Below are positions 1-11,424 of a stretch of 64,000 bases of DNA, one piece after another. The stretch lies in contig NIVC01003738.1 in assembly GCA_002269645.1 (NCBI GenBank), positions 15,621 to 79,620 of the forward strand, in the 5' to 3' direction. The stretch is from Macrostomum lignano. Its lineage: Eukaryota. Below the pieces are notes generated by a model. It ran no database searches. It was not told where the DNA came from and saw only the letters and a list, made by a program, of their open reading frames with translations. The translations under genes and the position numbers were made by a program. Position 1 is the first letter of the stretch. The number at the start of each line of letters is the position of its first letter.

Positions 1-3000
1 TGCTCAGTTCGACTCGCGAATGGCAGCAGGCGAGAGGCTGAGTTGGTGAGCGACTGGCCGGTCTTGACTGACTGATTTTCCACTTTGAGGCTGAGATCTC
101 AGGGCATTCTGTGATTTTCAGTTCAAGATCTCAAGACCGGGCAGTGATCGGATTCGAGTCACCCATTTTGAGTACTTTGTGGAGGAGACGGAAATCCCGC
201 GGACTCTGACCTGCTGGCAGGGGAACCCAGCGGCTCTGCAGATTGAGAGGGAAATCGCTGCGACATGCAAGTCTAGAGATTTGCGGGTGCAGCGGTCATT
301 CAGGGCTCTGTACAGTTGTACACCTATAGATCCATTTGTATGCACTTTTAATTGTAGCTGATAAGGGAAGCTTCACTCTATCGGTCTCTCTGATGTGGGT
401 CTCGGGCAGGAAGGTTCTCTTAGAAGCCGAAGCGCAGCGATTCTTTCCAGAGCCCAGGATTCAGTGTTCGATCAGGGCGGTGACGGAGCAGCCTTTGAAA
501 GTTGAGAGTCAGGTGAGGACAGGTGCACTGTCTTTGAGTGAGCGACACCGCTGACAGCACGAGTTGGTCTACAATCTGACCACCACGCCACAACCCCAAG
601 TTCCCAGTCACCGCGCCACCGCGTCACCGCGGCCTATCCTTACACGAAGCACACGTAAAATGCAGGTACCCCTCATTCGATGTCGTTTAACTTTCAGAAC
701 CGGTCTGTAGTGAAGGACAATAAAAGCAGGGTTCTGCTGTCAGTTCGCTCAAGGTTCAGCTTTCACGCATCGCTCTCAATGCACGGAGGCCAAATTCTGT
801 GCTGGGTGAATTTGACTGGCAGCAAAAATCATGTCACGAGTACTGTGAAAAAAAAATTAAATATAACGCAGATAAGTGGTGAGAAATATGCAAAATTTGA
901 TTTCTATATTTATTCGATATGAGCCACCCCTCACCCAGCCACCCCTCACCCAGTCACCCCTCACCCAGCCACCCCTCACCCAGCCACCCCTCACCTAGTC
1001 ACCCCTCACCCAGCCACCCCTCACCCAGCCACCCCTCACCCAGCCACCCCTCACCCAGCCACCCCTCACCCAGCCACCCCTCACCCAGACACCCCTCACC
1101 CAGCCACCCCTCACCCAGTCACCCCTCACCCAGCCACCCCTCACCCAGCCACCCCTCACCCAGCCACCCCTCACCCAGACACCCCTCACCCAGCCACCCC
1201 TCACCCAGTCACCCCTCACCCAGCCACCCCTCACCCAGCCACCCCTCACCCAGCCACCCCTCACCCAGCCACCCCTCACCCAGCCACCCCTCACACAGCC
1301 ACCCCTCACCCAGCCACCCCTCACCCAGCCACCCCTCACCCAGCCACCCCTCACCCAGACACCCCTCACCCAGCCACCCCTCACCCAGCCACCCCTCACA
1401 CAGCCACCCCTCACCCAGCCACCCCTCACCCAGCCACCCCTCACCCAGCCACCCCTCACCCAGACACCCCTCACCCAGCCACCCCTCACCCAGCCACCCC
1501 TCACCCAGACACCCCTCACCCAGCCACCCCTCACCCAGCCACCCCTCACCCAGCCACCCCTCACCCAGCCACCCCTCACCCAGCCACCCCTCACCCAGCC
1601 ACCCCTCACCCAGCCACCCCTCACACAGCCACCCCTCACCCAGCCACCCCTCACCCAGCCACCCCTCACCCAGCCACCCCTCACCCAGACACCCCTCACC
1701 CAGCCACCCCTCACCCAGCCACCCCTCACACAGCCACCCCTCACCCAGCCACCCCTCACCCAGCCACCCCTCACCCAGCCACCCCTCACCCAGACACCCC
1801 TCACCCAGCCGCCCCTCACCCAGCCACCCCTCACCCAGTCACCCCTCACCCAGCCACCCCTCACCCAGCCACCCCTCACCCAGCCACCCCTCACCCAGCC
1901 ACCCCTCACCCAGCCACCCCTCACCCAGCCACCCCTCACCCAGCCACTCACTCGCACTGCAGAGCCGTGCCAGACGGCCGTAGACCTGGGCTCGAGTCCG
2001 TACTGGGAGGTGGACCAAACCCGCCAGATCGCAGTGACCTCCAGCGCCTGCAGCATCTGGAACGTGAGCCACAGCTGCCGGCTGCTGCAGGCTGATGGCG
2101 CTTCACCCGTGCCGCTCCGCAGAGTTGAAGTACGCTTGCACTGAGATTGGCCAAAGTGCTCAGAGAAGTGCAGAGCCTCACCTGCCCCAATCTGCACCCT
2201 CATTCGCATTGCAGCAGAGCAGCTTCAGCAGCGCTCACCTGCTGCAGGTGAGCAGGTCGATGGCTCACCAGAACTGGTCCGTTCGCTGCAGCGTCAACCA
2301 GTCAGGTGTTGTGTATGATGAGGCTGAGAGTCTGGAGCAGCTGCGACCGCTGATTTTCTGTGAGTGCCGAACAGTGCATGAAGCCAGTCAACTGTGAACG
2401 CTTTGCTTGAATGCGATTTCCAATTTCACTGCAGACCCGGCAAGCATTCAGGTAAATGGCAGCATTGAGAGCTCGCGACTGCACCTGGCTGTGGCTGCCT
2501 CCGACGCTCGGCCTCCGGTGTCATCCGTTGTCTGCCAGATCGCGAATTCTTCTGTGAGTGCTTAATGCGAGCCAGAGATTTGTCTCATTAATACAGGCTA
2601 GAAGCGTGCAATTTCTAATAAAGTTTCATATATTTTTTCTCTAAGTGTCACGAACTTTAAACTTTACATCTTTTCACAAAACTAAAATGGTGCGATGAAA
2701 ACTTAGTTATTAAAAAATGATTCAAGCGAAGAACCACAGGCTAAAGAGATCTGAGACCGGGTTCCGATGGGTCAGCGGGAGCTGATGGTCTGGCACTGGC
2801 ACAAACTCATCGTTGTTGCGCATCTTCAATGTAGATTTGGTGTGCAAGACTAGAGAACCCAGGTGACTGACTAGCGCTTTTCTTACCTTTCGTGACTTTC
2901 CTAGCCTGATTGTAGCCAAGATGCGGCCTCCCACATCCAGCCAGAACTGCATTGACTTAATGGCAGAGCTGTAGTATACATGTGAACCTGTGTGTATCAT

Positions 3001-4850
3001 TATTCTAACGCTGCTGCATCCCAATATTGGTCCGGCAAAGAGTGCAGGAATGAAAACCCCATCGCATCTGCGTCCTAGCCAGCCCCTGTAGGATAATGAG
3101 GAGAAATAGGGATCCTAAACTCGATGTCAACTTGAGCACCGGAATGGAAGCAAATGCTCAACTGTGGACCAAACTGACTCATTGAAAACAAGTTCGTAAA
3201 AATCAGGTTAAATCAAAATTAAAAGTCAACTCTTTCACTGTCCTCATTCACAGAGAGCTGAACTGACGCGGATGCAAAACAGCCACACCTGGAAGGAACA
3301 CGGCAGCATTACACCACCAGCATGTGCATCGCTGAATAACGAATCGACTTTTCTCATCAACTTCACTGCTCAGCAGGACTTCAATGGCTCGACGATTTTT
3401 CAAACAAGCGAACAGGTCTTTCGTAACTGCCCCCCAAAGGAAACAGGTAACTCATTTTTACCGACACATAACAGCCAATCGCAAATAAAATGTCGTTAAA
3501 ATAGTAAAACAGCAAAATATTATGTATTTACCTTTGTCAATTCAAAGCTCTAGACTTTCCAAAGCTGTAAAATTAAAGTACGATTTCCGACCGAAGAGTA
3601 ACCTAAATTTCGCTATAAACTGGTATTGAACACAAAATATTAGTAAACTGCAGCATTTAAAGAAATTGTCCCTGCATTCAACACAGCGTCTCAATAGCTG
3701 GATGCACTTCCAGAGGCCCTCCGTCAGGTCACGTTGTTCTTTATGTCTTCCAGGTCTTCAAATCGGGATCCCTAGAGAGCTATGGGGGACCTGCCAGAAA
3801 TCGCAGGGGGCATGTCTGGTGAATAAGGTGATGGCTCAGCTCAAGCTGATGCGTTGTCGTGATGCAGCGATTGGGCATTGTTGCTCCCGCCGCATCCTCG
3901 GCATGAGCCTCTTCTTAAAGTTCTGATTTACAGCTTGTCCCTGTGGCACAAACTCGTGATTGATGAGGCCCCGCGAATACATTTCTCGCTAGCGCTGGGA
4001 ACCTGGCTAAAGCTCTCTATTTTACTTTTGTTTCAGATGAAGATGGAAGTTTCACTCTATCGGTGTCTCCGGTGTGGATCCCGAGCAGGAAAGTTGAGTC
4101 AACGGGTACGAGGCTTGAGCCAGACTCACTTTGCTTAAATTTTAATTGAGAACATCAGAGGTCATAACAGGAAACTTACCAGCAGGTTCAATTAACTTTG
4201 CAGATCCATTCTCAACCGTGTACGCCTTTCCACTGTCGCACCTGCTCCTTGCATCCGGTTCGGTGATAGCCGTAATTGTGATGGTGGGCATCGCCTCATC
4301 TGTGATTACCTGGGTAATTACGAGCTAAAACCTTTTTTCTGGATAGCTTTTGTCAGTCAGTCAGTCAGTCAGTCAGTCAGTCAATCAGTCAGTCAGTCAG
4401 TCAGTCAGTCAGTCAGTCAGTCAGTCAGTCAGTCAGTCAGTCAGTCAGTCAGTCAGTCAGTCAGTCAGTCAGTCAGTCAGTCAGTCAGTCAGTCAGTCAG
4501 TCAGTCAGTCAGTCAGTCAGTCAGTCAGTCAGTCAGTCAGTCAGTCAGTCAGTAGTCAGCTGTTTACCTTGCAGAGAGTTTCCCGGTCCCGATTAGCCGC
4601 AGTGGCTGCTCAGCGCAGAGGCGGTGGCGCACTTCGGATGCAGCCGCTGGCAGCCGTGGCCTCCGCGGGCGCCGGCAGCAGCGCGTACGACTACCCGTCC
4701 ACGAATGCGACAGCTCAGGGTAGCAGGAGCCACAGCGAGGCCGGAGAGTCCAACAACATACCCAGTGTCTACCTGGTGCTGAGTCCGTCGAGGAGGTCTC
4801 AGCAGCAGCAGCAGCTGGTCAGCAGTTTTGAGCCGAGGCAGCAGAGCTAA
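1..4850 (+). CDS. Receptor family B copy B1 (3' part; 5' exons lie upstream of the window): Ig-like domains, TM, ITIM-bearing tail
   Basis: Hand-spliced exons with consistent phases: <1-45, 122-266 (GC donor), 358-512, 698-878, 1963-2129, 2215-2359, 2435-2553, 3254-3446, 3754-? (3' boundary unresolved; in-frame TGA near 3924 and a 23-nt length difference versus B3), 4037-4105, 4159-4313 (TM: [24 protein letters not shown]), 4575-4850 (RVSRSRL...AYDYPS...SVYLVL...stop). Exons are homologous to B2, B3 and B4. Confidence 0.75.
921..1946. repeat. 15-bp minisatellite (CACCCCTCACCCAGC)n in a B1 intron
   Basis: About 68 near-perfect units; source of the spurious SHPSP/GWVRG ORFs. Confidence 0.97.
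4159..4313 (+). CDS. B1 transmembrane exon
   Basis: Acceptor catcag|AG, hydrophobic run of about 24 aa, donor TGG|gtaatt (phase 0) joins in frame to the basic RVSRSR of the next exon. Confidence 0.75.
4352..4559. repeat. (GTCA)n microsatellite
   Basis: Direct inspection. Confidence 0.98.
4575..4850 (+). CDS. B1 cytoplasmic-tail exon with ITIM-consensus SVYLVL (4764-4781)
   Basis: Acceptor ttgcag|AGA; 91 aa then TAA; S-x-Y-x-x-L fits (S/I/V/L)xYxx(I/V/L); same exon at 47072-47348. Confidence 0.75.
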   Translation, partial: RVSRSRLAAVAAQRRGGGALRMQPLAAVASAGAGSSAYDYPSTNATAQGSRSHSEAGESNNIPSVYLVLSPSRRSQQQQQLVSSFEPRQQS

Positions 4851-4972
4851 GAAATGGCTGAAAGCAGAGAATAATTTGATTTTTTCTACGACCTACTTTG
4901 AAATCGTTTCCAACTAAAAAATTACAATCTAAAACCTTTACTTGGGTAACTTTATTGGTCGATGGGTTATCA

Positions 4973-5270
4973 GGGGTTTAGCTTAGTGGTTAGGGCGTCG
5001 GTCTGACTACTGGAAGGTCGGGGGTTCGATTCTAGATCCTACGGACCCATCTGTGTCCTTGAGCAAGACACTTAACTCTGCATTCCTTCAGTTCACCCAG
5101 CTGTAAAATGGGTGCCAGCATTAGCTGGGGTAATTGAGGCTGTGTTTGGCGACCCCCCAGTCCCTGGACTGAACAGCCGTAAGCAGCCTTCAGATGCGCC
5201 GCGCAATAGCTGAACTGTCGGTTGCACATCTGGCCGTTAGAGCAAGTGTAATCAATTATTATTTACTAAT
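4973..5270 (+). mobile_element. tRNA-derived SINE, family 1 (CORE/V-like central domain)
   Basis: Box A TAGCTTAGTGG, box B GGTTCGATTC, central GTGTCCTTGAGCAAGACACTTAAC...CTGTAAAATGGG, AT-rich tail; second copy at 62180-62500; absent at the paralogous site near 47440. Confidence 0.8.
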
Positions 5271-6138
5271 ATTATTATAATTCAAGCTCTGCCAACGCAT
5301 TGTGATTTAACGTAATTTTATTATCAGTTGTACTCTACGAAAAGGCCTTACAAATTAATTTATTTATCCCGCACTTAACTGATCTAAAGAAATATATGGT
5401 TAATGTTAAAATATTTGATTCGACACCCGAATAGAAAACTAATCAAGCTGTTGAGTTCTCAAAGTAGATCAGTTAATCATAGTCTACTCAAATGAAATGG
5501 TCAACGCTGTTTGTCTCACCACAGATGTTCCCTCTCCAGTCAAACCTTGATTCTAACTCAGACTGCTCTCACTTGACAGCAACGATTAGACCTGATAATT
5601 CAGGCCTGTCTAATCGATGCATGGTAGTCGATATGCATGACTTCTAGGAGAGAGGCTGCTGCTGGCTAAATTCTAAATTTAGAATTCCTTGGCTTGGCTG
5701 ACGAGAAACTTTTGCTCTCAGCTCTGAACTATGCCAAAAGTTACTATCTTCACCAAGCCAAAAAACCCGATTTTAACCATAGACAGCATTGGATTCCTTG
5801 GTTTTGGATTCGAATCCGCAGCCTTGGCTTTCATTTAACTATATCTTATCCTGCTGGCTTTTATGATCCGCCAATTGAAATCACGTACTTTTGTGCTTCT
5901 CTAAATTGATTGTTTTAACAAAAGCATTGGTAAAGTTAATATAACTATAAAATAAAATAGATTTTTGAAGACAAAATTGCTTTCTGCAGACAAAAAGAAA
6001 AGAAAAGAAAATCTGACCAAGAAAGGATCGAGACAGATTCGATCGCAAAATCCAATGTCGCTAACTCCGAGTTCGAGACTGATAGGTATTTAATTATTCC
6101 AGCTGAAGGTGTGTTGAACAGTTTTTTTATTAGAAACA

Positions 6139-6480
6139 GGGGCTGTGTGCACCCTGACGCACTTTAAGCCACATTGTCGCACAACCGGAGAGAGGCATTG
6201 CTGCCCATTCCGCCGACTCAACTGAGTAGGTACACAAGCGCACGGATACGCAGTCATCCGCACAGGAACTCACACAGGAGTGCACAGCGGCCCTGACTTT
6301 ATTTATCGTTAGACATGTACACTTCACTGTGCCTTGGGGGTTGGCCCTCAAGGCAGTTAATTGCACGAGCAGAGCCAAGCCGAGATTCCAATTCAATCCC
6401 AAATTAATGCAACTGCACTTGGAATCGAGCCTGGGTCGCTGGCACATCAGAGCGCCGCGCTAAACCACTAGGCGACAGAC
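6139..6480 (-). mobile_element. tRNA-derived SINE, family 2
   Basis: Reverse complement starts with a tRNA-like head (TCGCCTAGTGG...GGCTCGATTCC); dispersed copies at 39463, 48951, 60339 and a remnant near 59150. Confidence 0.75.
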
Positions 6481-7230
6481 CCCCTTCATTTATACGTATT
6501 CTACAGATCTTTACCTTTTGTGTTTGTCAAGTTAATCTTATCAGAAATATTAAACTGTCGAGTCTTAAAATACCGCTGACTTGTTTTCCAGTATGAAAAA
6601 CAGATACGGCTGTAAAGGATTTTTTAGTTACATAAACACACATTGCACACTGTTTCACGAAGAAAATGAATGCCCAATGTACGAATTTGTGCATAAAATA
6701 CGGACTGCTCATAAAATGGTCAGGTGATCTGAAACGCAAGTCTCGAGGTCAATAAAAATCCATTAAAAGTCCATAACGGAGGTCGGAGGATGTGAGAAGT
6801 CAATAATATAGCATAATATATAATGCATATTTATTTTCTGGTTCATCCTCAAGTCCAGCTGCCATTATGGTAAGTTGATAAGCACTCCTATAAGCATGAA
6901 GGATTCGACTATCTTGAGTAATCTAAAACGATCAAAATGCCTTATAAACCTCTTTTATTCTCTGATTTCGCATGTGTCAGCCAATATGTCTGCTGTCTTT
7001 CGCGACTCATTTAGAACTGATTGATGAATGATGCTCTCAGGTGAGTGCATTTTGGTCCAGTTTGCTGTTCAGTGTTTCAGTATTATTTTATGGTTTCTGC
7101 TTGAGTTATTAGTCACTGCTGATTGTGAACGCATTCATGCTTGGATTTTTAACTATTTTGTTCCTATTTATAGCATTGACTGTTGCGGAGTTCATATTGC
7201 ATAAAAGCGTTATTTATTGTCTGTTTTAGA

Positions 7231-7478
7231 CTTGAGATTCGAGATTGAGATTGAGATTTGAAATTTGAGATATGAGCTTGAGATTAAGATTGAGATTTGA
7301 AATTTGAGATATGAGCTTGAGATTAAGATTGAGATTTGAGAATGAGATTTGAGATTTGAGATTGAGATTGAAATTTGATTGAGCTTTGAGATTGAGATTG
7401 AAATTTTAGATTTTAGATTGAAATTTGTGATTTGAGATTGTTATTGAGATTAGGATTTGAGATTGAGTTTGAGTTTAG
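7231..7478. repeat. Degenerate GAGATT/GAGATTT low-complexity array
   Basis: Direct inspection; longer paralog at 49993-50611. Confidence 0.9.
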
Positions 7479-10344
7479 GGAATTGCTGAGATGTCAAGGC
7501 TGAGGTCAAAAGCTGATTTGACCAGGAAATTAAACAGAAATTTGAGCAGAGTTTTGAGCAGGGATTTGACCTCATGTAGTTTATTTAAAAAAATTATTCC
7601 ACTCTTTGTTGGCTCCCCAACGTGGGGCGCTGATTGCTAGCTTGGGGCTATAGTTACTTACTCTGACAGTACTGACAGCAATGGAGCCCGCTAGGAGCTA
7701 GGCAGACTGCCTTTATTACAAAATCTAATCACTAATCTAATCACTAATCAATCTAATCAATCAATCTAATCACTAATCTAATTACTAATCAGAGTCCGCT
7801 TAGTCCGATTATTCCTAGAAAGTACTTCATGGTGTTCCGAATCCTCGAAGTACGAGCATGTACAGATGTACAAGCAAGTGTCAGTGACTTAGTCAACAAA
7901 ATCACTCGGGGTCATAAAAAGCAGATTTATCAATCTTTATAAGCCTTGTGTACGAGTCCTACAGTTGCCATCTGAGACAAAAACATTGCTCCATCTGGAA
8001 AATAAATCATGGTCAAAGCCAGAAATAGAGCTAGATCAATGTGATTTCTATTCAAAGCCAAATTTCCTGCTCTTGGTAATAACATCAAGCTAAGTTAAGG
8101 GGTCTCTTGAGAAACTGCTGAGACCAGTAACTCTATCTGTCTGTAGCTCAGCACATCAACTTGAGTTGTTTGAATCGCCCAATTGCAGAACTTCCAACGG
8201 TTTTTTCTGTCAGTCGGTCTACTGGTATCAGCTTTGCAGTGAGTAGCGCGAATGCCATCTAGTTTCTAGACACGCAGACACTAGGACAGAAAGACAGACA
8301 CACAGACACTAAGACAGACAGACAGACACTAGGACACTAAGACAGACAGACACTCAGACACTAAGACACGCAGACACTAAGACAGACAGACAGACACTAG
8401 GACACTAAGACAGACAGACACGCAGACACTAGGACAGAAAGACAGACACACAGACACTAAGACAGACAGACAGACACTAGGACACTAAGACAGACAGACA
8501 CTCAGACACTAAGACACGCAGACACTACACAAGACACTAAGACACGCAGACACTAAGACACGCAGACACTAAGACACGCAGACACTAAGACACGCAGACA
8601 CTAAGACACGCAGACACTAAGACACGCAGACACTAAGACACGCAGACACTAAGACACGCAGACACTAAGACACGCAGACACTAAGACACGCAGACACTAA
8701 GACACGCAGACACTAAGACACGCAGACACTAAGACACGCAGACACTAAGACACGCAGACACTAAGACACGCAGACACTAAGACACGCAGACACTAAGACA
8801 CCCAGACACGCAGACACTACACAAGACACTAAGACACCCAGACACGCAGACACTACACAAGGCACTAAGACACCCAGACACTAAGACACTCAGACACGCA
8901 GACACTACACAAGACACTAAGACACCCAGACACTAAGACACTCAGACACGCAGACACTACACAAGACACTAAGACACGCAGACACTAAGACACGCAGACA
9001 CGCAGACACTACACAAGACACTAAGACACCCAGACACGCAGACACTACACAAGACACTAAGACACTCAGACACGCAGACACTACACAAGACACTAAGACA
9101 CTAAGACACGCAGACACTACACAAGACACTAAGACACTAAGACACGCAGACACTACACAAGACACTAAGACACTAAGACACCCAGACACTAAGACACCCA
9201 GACACGCAGACACTACACAAGACACTAAGACACTCAGACACGCAGACACTACACAAGACACTAAGACACGCAGACACTACACAAGACACCCAGACACTAA
9301 GACACCCAGACACGCAGACACTACACAAGACACTAAGACACTCAGACACGCAGACACTACACAAGACACTAAGACACCCAGACACTAAGACACTCAGACA
9401 CGCAGACACTACACAAGACACTAAGACACGCAGACACTAAGACACCCAGACACGCAGACACTACACAAGACACTAAGACACCCAGACACTAAGACACTCA
9501 GACACGCAGACACTACACAAGACACTAAGACACCCAGACACTAAGACACTCAGACACGCAGACACTACACAAGACACTAAGACACGCAGACACTAAGACA
9601 CTAAGACACGCAGACACTACACAAGACACTAAGACACCCAGACACGCAGACACTACACAAGACACTAAGACACTCAGACACGCAGACACTACACAAGACA
9701 CTAAGACACTAAGACACGCAGACACTACACAAGACACTAAGACACTAAGACACGCAGACACTACACAAGACACTAAGACACTAAGACACCCAGACACTAA
9801 GACACCCAGACACGCAGACACTACACAAGACACTAAGACACTCAGACACGCAGACACTACACAAGACACCCAGACACTAAGACACCCAGACACGCAGACA
9901 CTACACAAGACACTAAGACACTCAGACACGCAGACACTACACAAGACACTAAGACACGCAGACACTACACAAGACACTAAGACACTAAGACACGCAGACA
10001 CTACACAAGACACTAAGACACTCAGACACGCAGACACTACACAAGACACTAAGACACCCAGACACTACACAAGACACTAAGACACTAAGACACGCAGACA
10101 CTACACAAGACACTAAGACACTAAGACACGCAGACACTACACAAGACACTGTAGTCTGGCTTGTTGGTGCGCGTGCACTTAGATGTGCACGTCTGGCTGG
10201 TTTGGGGGTTGGGGTTTAGCGCTGCGGCGTGTGCGTGCTTAGGGTGGTTACACCCACCCCAACTTTGGCAATAAATATATTGGCGTGAGCCAGTGAGGTC
10301 TCCTCACGTTTTGATTCTCTGCAATTCAACCCACGGTCTTACAC

Positions 10345-10406
10345 TGGTGGCAGCGGTGGGATCCGAACCCACGCCCTTTCGGACTGGTGCCTCAAACCAG
10401 TGCCTT
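10345..10406 (-). other. Extended primer-binding site: 62-nt copy of the 3' part of tRNA-Leu including CCA
   Basis: Reverse complement reads AAGGC A CTGGT TTGAGGC ACCAG TCCGAAAGGGC GTGGG TTCGGAT CCCAC CGCTGCCA CCA: anticodon arm, variable arm, T arm, acceptor strand and CCA. The 5' end of the tRNA is absent. Confidence 0.9.
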
Positions 10407-10452
10407 TTGAGAAATGTCCGCCATTTCTCAATTTTTTTGCTCAGCCGCCGTC

Positions 10453-11424
10453 ATGAGTGGCAGCCCAAAGCGACTAAACGTGCGCCAACTCAAGGCTGAG
10501 CTGCGAAACAGAGGCCTGCCTACTACGGGCCGCAAACAACAGCTTGCCAAGCGCTTGTCTACTGCACTTGGTTTAGAGCAAGCTGACGAAGACTTCAACA
10601 ACCCCGAGATGACTTCTGCTCCGGACGCCGAAGACGGCATCGGCAGCGCGGGCGAGGCGCCTCCGGGGGCGGGGAGCGACCGGCTGGCTGCGCTGCGGCA
10701 GGAGGTGGAGCTGCTCGAACTGCAAGTCCTGGAAGGCCGTCGTCGTGATCTTCAGCAACGGCTTCACACTCAGCAGCGCTTGACGGCTCAGCCCCAGCCA
10801 GCATCATCATCAGGTGAGCATAACGCACATGCCAGTCTGCAGTTGCCCGAGGTTTTTGAATCTGGGATGAGGGAGGCGGCTCAGCTTCAGGCCGCTAATT
10901 GCCAGGCTCCGACTCGCAAGTTGCGGAAGGTCGCAACTCGCAAGGTGGCGGAGGAGGACCGGTACAAGACGGCTTTCTATTCGACGCGCGGCCTGATGCA
11001 ATTCTGCAAGATGGGCTTCGGGATGTGCAATGCCCCGGCGACGTTCCAGCGGCTCATGGAGCTGGTGATGTCCGGCCTGTCCTGGGAGTCCGTGCTGACT
11101 TATATCGACGACATCATTGTCTTCATCAGGACGTTCGACGAGCACTTAGAGAGGCTGGCGGAAGTTTTTAAGCGGCTGCGAGACGCGGGACTCAAGCTGC
11201 ACAAGGCCAAGAGCGCGTTCGGCCATCGCCGGGTGCTGTACCTGGGACACCTGATCAGCGAGCAGGGCATCGCACCGGATCCCGGCAAGGTCGAGGCCAT
11301 TCGCAGCATGCCCAGCCCAACGACGAACGAGGAGGTGAAGCGGTTTCTTGGAATGCTGGGTTTCTACCGCCGGTTCATCCAGGCTTCAGCCAGACGGCGA
11401 GGGTCCTGCACGACGTCAGCGTGA
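10453..11424 (+). CDS. SAP-domain Gag N-terminus fused by deletion to the C-terminal half of RT
   Basis: LNVRQLKAELRNRGLPTTGRKQQLAKRL matches the SAP motif; junction near 10910-10945 goes directly to VAEEDRYKTAF...PFG-like GFGMCNAPATFQR...YIDD. No capsid, zinc knuckle or protease. Confidence 0.8.
   Translation: MSGSPKRLNVRQLKAELRNRGLPTTGRKQQLAKRLSTALGLEQADEDFNNPEMTSAPDAEDGIGSAGEAPPGAGSDRLAALRQEVELLELQVLEGRRRDLQQRLHTQQRLTAQPQPASSSGEHNAHASLQLPEVFESGMREAAQLQAANCQAPTRKLRKVATRKVAEEDRYKTAFYSTRGLMQFCKMGFGMCNAPATFQRLMELVMSGLSWESVLTYIDDIIVFIRTFDEHLERLAEVFKRLRDAGLKLHKAKSAFGHRRVLYLGHLISEQGIAPDPGKVEAIRSMPSPTTNEEVKRFLGMLGFYRRFIQASARRRGSCTTSA

Noticed and set aside
921-1946. Immunoglobulin switch-region analogue
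   Set aside because: The G-rich strand is the template rather than non-template strand, AGCT density is low, and nothing in the window supports somatic rearrangement.
919-2209. Long SHPSP/GWVRG ORFs (also 42596-43730)
   Set aside because: Translations of a stop-free 15-bp intronic minisatellite whose length varies several-fold between paralogs; flanking splice sites exclude it.
6820-7040. Signal-peptide exon(s) for A1 and A3
   Set aside because: Good donors exist (6870, 7041), but every frame hits a stop before a signal peptide can be joined, and the 7041-equivalent donor is mutated in A3; left unresolved.
7780-8260. Possible LINE or other coding fragment (also 50860-51300)
   Set aside because: No diagnostic RT or endonuclease motif recognisable in any frame.
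8917-10049. Cys/Val/Ser-rich minus-strand ORFs and SQSV-repeat ORFs (4350, 46300-47348)
   Set aside because: Satellite and microsatellite translations; only the terminal part after the acceptor (tail exon) is considered coding.
10345-10406. Functional tRNA-Leu gene
   Set aside because: Lacks the 5' acceptor strand and most of the D arm, has encoded CCA and sits at the PBS position of an LTR element.
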